NCBI RefSeq assembly: GCF_009914755.1
Contig: NC_060932.1
Length of the DNA: 64,000 nucleotides
From: the human T2T-CHM13v2.0 reference genome, Homo sapiens
Strand: one strand, 5' to 3'
Translations under genes and position numbers: made by a program
Part shown: in pieces, positions 52,010-64,000 of the stretch
Position numbering within the stretch: position 1 is the stretch's first letter
Layout of the letters: the number at the start of each line of letters is the position of its first letter
Notes under the pieces: model-generated
The model's database searches: none
What the model was told of the DNA's origin: nothing
What the model saw: the letters and a program-made list of their open reading frames with translations, nothing else

Positions 52010-52225
52010 ACTAGATTGAAGTCAGGGTTGCTGGCTGTGGCTTTGCCCTTCCATTTTTTGGCGCTGCATCTTTAAGCAAGTTACCTAGCTTCTCTGAACA
52101 GTAGCTGCCTGATTTGCAAGATTTGAGTGTTCTACCTCGCTGTGTTAAGGCAAAGATTAAATGGGATAATAAATGTGAGAAGCTTGTGTGGCCTGTACAA
52201 ATACAGATAACCATCACTATTATTT
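52010..52225 (+). mobile_element. MIR SINE
   Basis: TTAAGCAAGTTACCTAGCTTCTCTGA...CTACCTCG...AAGATTAAATGGGATAAT. Confidence 0.65.
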
Positions 52226-52284
52226 GGGAGAATTTCTTTTGGAAACGATTCTGAAGTTAACTTAGGATCATCTGTATAGCAGAC

Positions 52285-52712
52285 AATGTTGAATCTCCTT
52301 CCCATTCCTTCTTGCCACTTTTGCATGCACCCCACCCCGATTTTGTGGTCTGGTGCTTTCAGTCCCCCACCCCCAATTCCTGTAGCTCTTTGGAGGACAA
52401 CTCTCAGGCTGATGGAGCCACTTTGTGACAAGGGCAGAAAGTGGGAAGTGCCTGAGGGCCTATGATCCTTTGCACACCCTGAGACTATCATCCAATGAGT
52501 ATGGGATGAAGGAGCATGAACCTGCAACACAAATAGGTCTAATTCATACTCCAGAGTGCTATAGGGTTAGACTGAATGAAGTCACACTCTGGGAGATTCT
52601 GTCCAAGCTAAGTCAAACCCTTCCTCCACTTTCTCCCTTCCCTGCTGTGCTTTCCCTGCCCACTTAAGGGTTTCCCCTGGGAGTTCTACTTCTGAGGAAC
52701 CCAATCTGAGAC
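52285..52712 (+). mobile_element. ERVL LTR (LTR16-like)
   Basis: Ends GGGTTTCCCCTGG...CTACTTCTGAGGAACCCAATCTGAGACA, the typical LTR16-family 3' end. Confidence 0.65.
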
Positions 52713-54383
52713 AATACAGTATTATAAAGGCTCTCAATTCATTTTCCTTCATTTGAGAGCCTAAATTTTTATCCTTCTTATTTCTTTTAGCAAAAAGTAT
52801 AATAATTCACCATTTCTCTTTGCTGACTAGGTTTCCAAATGACATAATTCCCTAGCATTTGTTGCTTTCATTCAATTATCTTTCCTCACAAATTACTTTT
52901 TGTTCACTTGAGATCTTTTAATGTATATATAGTCAATGAGCCAATTTTCATGATAATTCTCATGAATTAGGTATTCACACAATATGTACATTGATCATAA
53001 TAGTAAATGACACAAAGGACCTAAGTTTTTGAAAAGAAGAATTATCATGAAGATTCCAACATCAAAGCCACCGCATCTGTCCCAGTACTGCATTCTTCTA
53101 AACTGAAAAGGACTATAGGGAACAGTTGACCAAGTAGAAATCTTTAGGCAAAGATTATGCTAATACACATGCCCACAGAGTCAGGGAAAGTCAGTCTAGA
53201 AAGCCCAACGAGAACAATCTAAAGTTTTTTTAGACTGACAGACTTAAAACCAATACTCAAGGTTCACAGCCAGGGCAATGTGCTTGGACAATTCTAACAC
53301 AGAACTCCAATGGTATCTTCTATTTCAAAACACAGGAAATGAAGCAAAAAAAATCTACACTTGGATTCCAACCTTTTAAGAAGCATGGTTAATTTGAAAT
53401 ATACCTGAATATTCAACAAAAGTATGGATCAAGAACATTTAAATTAACCTCTTTCATTACCATCATTATCTCTTCATCCTCTCATTCACCACCACAATGG
53501 AGAAGTTATGCTTGCCACTCATTTGGACAATAGGGTCATAAGTCGTGGGTTTAGCATGCAGTACCTGCTGTGGTACACATTCTTCTGTTAATGAGCATGC
53601 ATAACTCTTCATCCCTAAGGAACTGTCTCTGCACATAAAAGGATACATAATTTTTTATAATGCCAGAAAGAAGTAAATACAGCTCATTGAGTTTTCTATG
53701 GGAGGATTTGGAGAGTTTAATTATCATGCACTGCCAGTATCTCTAGGCACTTACTAGACTGGTTCTTTTTCCATGTATCATACCACCAAGTTACCAAGTA
53801 TATTGTTACCAAATACAAGGTAAAAGCACATTTTAGATCCTTGTGCTGGTTTCAGTGGTCATATCTTACTGCTTCTCTCTAGAGAGCAAGTCTCAGGCCA
53901 CTAAAGCCACTTGGTCACATGCAGTGAGCAAAAGTGCAGAGATCAGCAACAGATCCTTCCCCACACTGTTAGCCCCTTATCTCAGATGTGAAAAACTCTT
54001 AAGGTGTCAGTTACACCAACCATAATTGATGTGTAAAAGACTTCTCCTTCCGGATGTATTCAAATTTTAAGTTATTATAATTGTTGAGTAAAAGAAAAGC
54101 ATTGCATTTCCTCATAATATATATTAAATGTTCTGCAAAGAAGCTGACACATACTAAATGTTCAGTAAATGTTGGTTGCTATTATTGTGTTTATTAGAAT
54201 GATTATTATCATTAAGAAAAACTCAAGAGAATTATCAAACACTTCTAGAAAAAATCAGGAAAACAACTGAAATTCAGTTTCAAAATGTTCAAGAAATTTC
54301 TGCCATTTCTTAAATTGTTTATAATGCAATGAGTGAAAAAAGACTGTTAAGAGAGAATATCCTACCCAAGAAATTCTACCTTA

Positions 54384-54673
54384 GACCAGGTTCAGTGGCT
54401 CACACCTATAATCCCAGCACTTTTGGAGGCCATGGCAGGTGAATCTTTTGAGTCCAGGAGTTCAAGAACAGCCTGAGGAACATGGCAAAACCCCATCTCT
54501 ATAAAAAAATAGAAAAGTTAGCTGGGCATGGTGGTGTACTCCTGTAGTCCCAGCTATCAGGGAGGCTGAGGTCTAAGGATCACTTGAGCCTGGGAAGTTG
54601 AGGCTGCAGACAACTGTGAGAGTGCCACTGCACTCCCGCCTGGGCAACAGATCGATACCCTGTCTCAGAAAAA
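54384..54673 (+). mobile_element. Alu (AluJ-like)
   Basis: Dimeric, diverged Alu. Confidence 0.92.
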
Positions 54674-54893
54674 CTGTAAGAAAATCAGAGAAGCTCTAAG
54701 ATAACAGCTAATGTAAATATGTATTTCAGATGATCTTATGATACTTGACACATCAAAACAAAGTGAAAAGTATTAATCTAGGACTTTCTATCCTTCATTA
54801 CTTGATCAGAACATACACAAACATATTCACACATGCACACATACACACATTCATGCACACACAATCTTACAGAGACACATTCAGACACACACG

Positions 54894-56258
<1,365 letters not shown>

Positions 56259-56295
<37 letters not shown>
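56259..56295. repeat. (CA)n microsatellite
   Basis: About 18 CA units between the Tigger and THE1. Confidence 0.97.
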
Positions 56296-56301
<6 letters not shown>

Positions 56302-56305
56302 TATA

Positions 56306-58647
56306 TGAAATGGTCTGGCTCTGTTTCCCCACCCAAATTTCATCATGAATTGTAATCCCCACATACTAGGGGAGGGATCTTGTGGGAGGTGATTAGATCA
56401 TGGAAGCGGTCCCCTCATGCTGGTCTCATGATACTGAGTGAGTTCTCACAAGATCTGATGGTTTTATAAGGGGCTTTTTCCCTCCTCACTCTGCACTTCT
56501 CCTTCCTGCTGCCCTGTGAAGAACGATGAGTCTGCTGCCCCTTCTGCCATCACAGTGTTTTCTGAGGCCTCTCCAGCCATTCTGAACTGTGAGTTAATTA
56601 AACCTCTTTTCTTTATAAATCACCCAGTCTCCGGTATGTCTTTATTAGCAGCGGGAGAATGGAGTATAGTAAACTGGTACCAGGAGTGGGGTGATGCTGC
56701 AGATACCCAAAAATGTGGAAGCAACTTTGGAACTGGGTAACAGGCAGAAGCTGGAACAATTTGGACGGTTCAGAAGACAGAAAGTTGTGGGAAAGTTTGG
56801 AACTTCCTGGTCTCAGATGGAGAACTTGTTGGGAACTGTATGGAGGTCTCAGATGGAGAAACTTGTTGGGAACTGTAACAAAGGTGATTCTTGCTATGTT
56901 TTAGCAAAGAGACTGGCAGCATTTTGCCCCTGCCCTCGAGATCTATGGAAATTTGAATTTGAGAGAGATGATTTAGGGTATCTGGCAGAAGAAATTTCTA
57001 AGCAGCAAAACGTTCAAGAGAAAGCAGGGCATAAAAGTTTGGAAACTCTGCAGCCTAATGATGAGATATAAAATAAAAACTCATTTCTTAGGGAGAAATT
57101 CAAGCCTGCTGCAGAAATTTGCGTAAGTACCAAGGAGCTGAATGTTAATCACAAAGACAGTGGGGAAAATGTCTCCAGGGCATGTCGGAGACCTTCACAG
57201 CAGCCCCTCTCATCATAGGCCCAGAGGCCTAGGAGGAAAAAATGGTTTCATTCACCATGTCTTTAGATTTGGTGACATGGTGTCCTTGTGACATGGTGTC
57301 CGGTGTCCCAGATGCTTCAGCTCCAGCTGCTAAAAGGAGCCAAGTTACAGCTCAGGCCATGAATTCAGAGGGTGTAAGCCCCAAGCCTTGGTGGCTTCCA
57401 CGTGGTGTTTGGCCTGTGGTGTACCAAAGTCAAGAACTGAGGTTGGGGAACCTCCACCTAGATTTCAGAGGATGTGTGGAAACACTTGGATGTCCAGGCA
57501 GAAGTGTGCTACAGGGGCAGAGCCCTCATGGAGAACCTCTGCTAGGGCAGTGCAGAAGGGAAATGTGGAGTAGGAGCCCACACACAGAGTCTCCACTGGG
57601 GCACTGCCTAGTGGAGCTGTGAGAAGAGGGTTACTGTCCTCGAGAACCTAGCATTGTAGATCCACTTACAGCTTGTACTGTGCACCTGGAAAAGCCACAC
57701 CCAGTCAAGGCAAGCCTGTGAAAGCAGCTGGGAGGGGAGCTGTACCCTGCAAAGCCACAGAGGCAGAGCTGCCCAAAGCCATGGAAGCCCACCTCTTGCA
57801 GCAGTGTGACCTGGATGTGAGATATGAAGTCCAAGGAGATCATTTTGGAACTTTAAGGTTTAATGGCTGCTTTATTGGATTCTGGACAGCATGTGGCCTG
57901 TAGTCTCTTTGTTTTGGCCAATTTCTCCCATCTGAAATGGGTGTATTTACCCAATGCCTGTACCCCCATTGTATCTAGGAAGTAACTAATTTGCTTTTGA
58001 CTTCACAGGCTCATAGGCGGAAGGGATTTGCCTTGTTTCAGATGAGACCATGGACTTGCACTTTTGGGTTAATGCTGAAATAAGTTACGATGTTGGGGAA
58101 CTGTTAGGATGGCATATTGTGTTTTGAAATGTGAGAAAGATGAGATTTGTGAGGGGCCGGGGACAGAATGATATGGTCTGGCTCTGTGTCCCCAATCCAA
58201 ATCTCATCTTGATTTGTAATCCCAACGAGTTGTGGAAGGAAACTTGTGGGAGGTGATTAGATCATGGGGGCAGTCCCCTCATGCTGTTCAAATAATACTG
58301 AGTGAGTTCTCAGGAGATCTAATGGCTTTTTAAGGGGCTTTTCCGACCTTTGCTCTGCACTTCTCCTTCCTGCTGCCCTGTGATGAAGGATGTGTTTGCT
58401 TCCCCTTCCACCATGATTGTTAAGTTTTCTGAGGTCTCCCCAGTTGTGCTAAACTGTGAGTCAATTAAATCTCTTTGGAAGGGCAAAAAGAGAAACCAGG
58501 CCTACCTGGTTCTCCCACCCTTTCATAAGGCATTAATCCATTCATGATGGCATGTTCTTTCCATATTTGTATAAGAGTCATATTTTTGTCATAAACTACC
58601 CAGTCTCAGGTATGTCTTTATTAGCAGCATGAGAATGCACTAATACA
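56306..58647 (+). mobile_element. Full-length THE1 (THE1C/D-like) MaLR provirus: LTR-int-LTR
   Basis: 5' LTR 56306-~56668; internal region starting GTAAACTGGTACC; polypurine tract 58151-58168; 3' LTR 58169-58647 (TGATATGGTCTGGCTCTG...CTAATACA). Near-TSD ATATA/ATATG. Confidence 0.93.
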
Positions 58648-59197
58648 ATATGTATGCACACACACACACATATATAGAGAACTCTGATGAGTTTTTTCAG
58701 GGGCACAGTAACCATGTGCTAAAAAGAAAATGTAAGTGAAATCTGACCACTTTAAGAGATGGGTCCCCCTACTATATTGAAGGATGAACAATGATCTGAT
58801 GCGCTAGAGACTAAAGAGAGCTTGGAATTCCTCAAGGCTACATTCCAGGCCTCCCCTCTCCAGTGGATACACAGCGGCTTTTGATGCCAATGCAGGTAAA
58901 ACAGGATGAGATAACATTTCTCACCCACCATCTGAGGACCAACTAGTGCTTTATGGGCATTATCTCCTATCTCCTCACAACTGCCCAGCAGTAGTGAGCA
59001 GTATTTACAAAGAAGAATTTGATCGCCAATCAGTTCCACATGCACAGGACAGCTCTTCTCTACCATACGCTACTACTGCTTGCGAAGTCACACCTAGAAA
59101 GCCAGCCTTTGTGTGAAGGCTGACACAGGCTTGGCATTTTTGGAAGGTACTTGGAAATTTCTACTCAGCTTTGAGGTCTCAAGTTAAAAATCACTTC

Positions 59198-59529
<332 letters not shown>

Positions 59530-59771
59530 TCAGGGAAACTAAGGCTAGGTGAACACCATCCCACTATACATTCTGTTCATATTCAGTACTTTTGCTTTAT
59601 AGTGTATATGTATTTATGTGCTTACTTTTTACTCAGGTATTGTAGTAAGTGCTTTACAAATAATAACACATTCAATTCTTATAACTAATAATCATAAACT
59701 TATGAGTATGATAAACAAATTAGACTGTGTGCCCCAAAAGGACAGAGATCACATCTGCCTTTTTTACCTCT

Positions 59772-60151
59772 GGATCCTTAGTCCACTAGTGCTGCTCTAA
59801 CAAAATACCTGAGACTGGGTAATTTATAAAGTACAGAAATTAATTTTCTCACAGTTCTAGAAGCTGGAAAGTCCAAAATCAAGGTGACAGCAGGTTCAGT
59901 GTCTGGTATCTCTGCTTCTAAAAGGCACCTTGAATATTGAGTCTTCACATGGTAGAAAAGATGGAAGGGCAAAAAGGGAAACCAGGCCTACCTGGTTCTC
60001 AAGCCCTTTCATAAGGCATTAATCCATTCATGATGGCATAATCCTCATGACTTAATCACCTCCCAATGGCCACACCACTTAATGCTGTTGCATTGGTGAT
60101 TATAAGTTTCAACATGAATTTTGAAGGGGACATAAACATGCAAGCCATAGC
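59772..60151 (-). mobile_element. MaLR solo LTR (MLT1A/MSTD-like)
   Basis: CTTAGTCC...AACAAAATACCTGAGACTGGGTAATTTATAAA...TTTCAACATGAATTTTG...AACATGCAAGCCATAGCA. Confidence 0.85.
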
Positions 60152-60463
60152 AGATCCCCAGTGCCTAGTCCTAGTATCTAAAACCTACTAGGTCAACAAA
60201 TGTTTATTTGTAGTCCTATATATCATGTGAAGATTGTTCTAAGCATCTCTAGACTGTTCTACTGGGTAAAGACACCCCTTTATTTGCTAACATAACTTTT
60301 AACTACAGAAAGCATAAACACTTTTCTTTACAAACTTTTTTTTAAACAAAAGCATAAGTATACTGGTTGCCTGAAAATTAGGTTGGTCACTATTATAACT
60401 CATTTGGTTTTTACCAAGAAAAAGGAATGGGGAAAATATTTTAGGACAATAGGCTCCCTAGAC

Positions 60464-60604
60464 CAGCATCCCCAAACTTTTTGGCACCAGGGATTGGTCA
60501 CTCCTATGAGAATCTAATTCTGCCACTGACCTGGAGGAGGTGGAGCTAAGGAGGTGGACCATGGACCAGTACTGGGTCTATGGCCTGGAGACTGAGGACC
60601 CCTG
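60464..60604. mobile_element. Internally deleted MER1-type hAT-Charlie transposon
   Basis: CAGCATCCCCAAACTTTTTGGCACCAGGGA ... GAGGACCCCTG; 8-bp TSD CCCTAGAC / GTCTAGAC. Confidence 0.8.
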
Positions 60605-60729
60605 GTCTAGACCACTGCTCTCTAAACTTGTCTCAGTGAGTTCCTGATCTATAAAAACTGCATGTTCCCTCAATATCTATATATTTATTTAAAAATGGAT
60701 ATACAATATTTTTTCTAAAATGGATATAC

Positions 60730-61410
60730 TATACTAGAAAAAATATGCACTGCAAAATATGTCGCTTTGGCATAAGAATTATTTTGAGCTGATTTTGAGA
60801 AATCACAGACACAGGAGAGGGTCAAAAACAGAGTAGAAGTTACCCTTTTGTAAGAAAAATTTATATCTATAAAGGAAATCTCCATTTCTAAGGGTGTCTC
60901 CACTCTCTGTACCAGGAAGAGAAGGATGACTAATCACAAGAGAAGGTGTCTATTTATATCTGGATAACAAAACTTACCTTTGTTAGGTGTGCTTTTCCTG
61001 GTCACCTTTCCATAACTAACCTTTCCAAAATGTTTCTTTGTTTCAGCTGACGGTGATATTTAAATCTGAACTCAAAACCCCTTCCTTGAGATTTATTTTC
61101 ATGTATACATGAGGTATACATGTTAATAAGCCTCTATTTGTTTTTATCTTATTAATCTGTCTTTTGTTACGGGGAAGGGGGAGGTCCCAGCAAATAACTC
61201 ACAAAAAGTAGAGAGAAAATTATAATTCTTCCCCTACAATTCTGGCAATGAGAATGGGATCTGTGGGACATCCCATTTGCTGTGGAGCCTGCAGATGGGA
61301 TCCTGGGAAAACTGGAAAAGGGTAAGAATTCTCACAGAGGGACTCTAGTGTATCTGTCTCCACAGTGCCTGATCGAGAGAGAAAGGTAAAATTATGTTTC
61401 TTCCCCTACA
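60730..61410 (+). mobile_element. ERV1 element (MER34-group-like): 5' LTR + PBS + short leader + terminal piece of a second LTR
   Basis: LTR ~60730-61238 ending TTCCCCTACA; PBS at 61243-61260; the LTR end is repeated at ~61375-61410; ATAC(TA) flanks both ends. Confidence 0.75.
61243..61260 (+). promoter_or_regulatory. Retroviral primer binding site, tRNA-Ser(GCT) type
   Basis: TGGCAATGAGAATGGGAT vs TGGCGACGAGGATGGGAT (complement of the tRNA-Ser-GCT 3' end as recalled): 15/18, and two differences are CpG decay. Lies 4 nt after the LTR end. Confidence 0.7.
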
Positions 61411-61944
61411 ATACTAATATAAGTTGTAAAGCATGCTTAAAAGAAGAAATTTTTAAAGGCATAATTAAAAAATAAAAATAAATTTTTAATGTTTTCACCC
61501 ATGCCCTAAGTATTATATACTTCCTGGTGAGTAAATGCCTTTTATCTTCTGACAACATCAAACAATAATTATCACTACAGAATCAAGGTATCTAGAAAAA
61601 TAAATTAATTTATCAGGAAGTCTTTGTGTTTACATCCCTATTATGGAAATAAACACACACCTTGAATGTGTCACTAAAAATATAGATCTTGATTTTGCCA
61701 TTTCCACGAGAAAAACACCCATATAAATCCCAAATCAGTCACTTCTTCAACTTCTTCTACCAATATTAGATTCAAATCATTGCAATCATCTGACATATGC
61801 TTCTCTTCCCTTAGTGCTCCATCCATCTCTTATGGAATGTTCAGATGACACACGAATGGATCAAATGGAAAAAGAAGGCTGGGCAAGAGAAACAAAAAAT
61901 GCAAGAAAATACAAACAAATATCTTCGCTTTAGTCAAAAACTAA

Positions 61945-62257
<313 letters not shown>

Positions 62258-62616
62258 TGAATTTTTTTTTAATTCCTGGGAGTTTCAAAAATTTTATTTT
62301 CTTGCTCTCTTTTAGTCACTTTTCATTTTACCAAATCCATATCTCAAATCTAATCTAATTCTGTCTACTGTCTATAACAGATATGTTATTTTAAATTTTT
62401 ACCTAGTAATACTTGAGGCTGAACTGTAAAATCTCTAAGGACAGAGGCATGTCTATCTTTTCTACCCTTATATTCTTGGCACAATACCTGACTCTCAATA
62501 AGTATGTTTTAACAAATAAATTAATGAGACAGAAAACATTTTCTAGAGCTCTCTGTGTACAGTGATTATATAGTGAATGAAAAATATCCTAAATCAGTCC
62601 ATTTTTAAAAATCTAT

Positions 62617-62777
62617 TTTGTGTGTGTGATATTGTCTCACTTTGTCACCCAGGCTAGACAGAGTGCAATGATATGATCATAGCTCACTGCAACCTTGAAC
62701 TCCTGGACTCAATCAATCCTCTGGTCTCAGCCTCCCGAGTAATTGGAACTACAGGCATGGGCCACCATGCCTGGCTC
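62617..62777 (-). mobile_element. Alu monomer (FRAM/FLAM-like or half Alu)
   Basis: GTCTCACTTTGTCACCCAGGCTAG...GCCACCATGCCTGGCT, single arm only. Confidence 0.8.
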
Positions 62778-64000
62778 CATTTAAAGATTATCCCTCAATA
62801 TAAAGAAAAAATGTACATAATTCTTGTTTTGTTTTTCTTTTTAATGAAAAAAGAGAACAAAAGAAACAGCTACATTGGCAAGTCTGTTAGATTTGGACCA
62901 CTTTGGCCATGTAAAATCTCAAATAGCAAAACTAAAAGTGATAAAGTGCACTAGCTCAAATCCAGTACTCTCAGCTTGGCATTAAAATCTGTAAAGCATA
63001 ATCCAGCTTTTTCATCCTGCTAGTTCCCTCATTAAAGAGTTAAATAAATGTTAATGCATGTTCTTTCCATATTTGTATAAGAATCATATTTTTAACTTTT
63101 CAAAAATTATGCCTTGTAAGTACCAAGATGCCTGAGAAGTCAATTAAACTGCATTGCCTGAAAATATACCTCCTAGGCTCCTCTTCTCAGTCCATCTTTT
63201 CTTGGATCCTGGAATGAAAGGATTCCAAGAGGCAACAGAATTTCAGGTTTGCTGACTAAATTTTTCTATTTTTTTTCTTCTGACTTGTGTTTTTGTTTGT
63301 TTGGTTTTTGTTCTTGGCCAATGTTGTTCTTATTCTTGCTTGTGCATAGCCAACAGGTTATTCCCGATTGGTGGCAGCAGTAACTGGGAATTTGGTTTTA
63401 TGTTCTACTTATTTGGTGATCTCTTTTGTGTAGAGACAGGAATTACCCTTTTTCAGATGAGAGACAACAGAGATACTGGTTTGTTAGTCTTTTTGCTTTC
63501 CTGTCTGTCTGTGCAAATGTATGTCTTACCTTCCATTGAAAAGGAGACTCTCTTTCAGATATGAATTTTTATATTCTAGGTTTATTCTGACCTAGAGCTG
63601 AATATGTAAAAGTAAAGCTGTAAGTTCTCTGAGTATCTGCATACCTCTACTGAGAAAAGAATTTACTTCTCATGTGTAATTGTAAAAATACTTTTCTAAC
63701 TCTGGAGTAATTAAAAATTTATATTGTGAAGTCTCTAGAAATAAAAAAGATTGTGATTGGTTTATAGATACCAATAAGCACTCCATATATTTAGCATTCT
63801 TAAAAATCCCAGAAAAGTTTTTTCAAAAACTGAATTTCTAACACTTTAAATGTGCTACTCTATTAAGAAAGAAAAAAAAATCTTCTCAAAGAAACTACTA
63901 GCTCAGCAGCATTTTCCTATAAGAAGCTATGTTCACAGAATCGTTGGCAAATCAGATCATTGTTCTCTTTTCAGTGTTTGATCACTGATTTAAAAGAAAC

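Noticed and set aside
56516-57903. ORFs of 60-126 aa
   Set aside because: Decayed THE1 internal ORF and LTR sequence.

Overview
Human (hominid) non-coding genomic DNA, AT-rich and repeat-dense. There is no supportable protein-coding gene; the ORF track is noise from SVA VNTR, Alu, L1 and LTR sequence. The window is probably inside a long intron of a minus-strand gene (inferred from element orientation bias), which I could not identify. The clearest element is a human-specific SVA_F1 (10580-12659) carrying a spliced-in MAST2 exon-1 fragment, inserted with an 11-bp TSD into an old L1. Also present: a full-length THE1 provirus, an ERV1 solo LTR, an internally deleted ERV1 element with a tRNA-Ser primer binding site, Tigger/MER1 DNA transposons, about 10 Alus, and L1/L2/MIR fragments. 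The unusual signals are: (i) a diverged, block-conserved ~145-bp non-repeat duplicate at 45151/48322 that looks like a paralogous regulatory module; (ii) local templated insertions or duplications, namely a two-template patch in the THE1 3' LTR, a 27-bp inverted copy at an Alu 5' junction, a 115-bp copy of an Alu flank and a 100-bp direct duplicate. Repeat subfamily names come from remembered consensus sequences and should be confirmed with RepeatMasker/Dfam.
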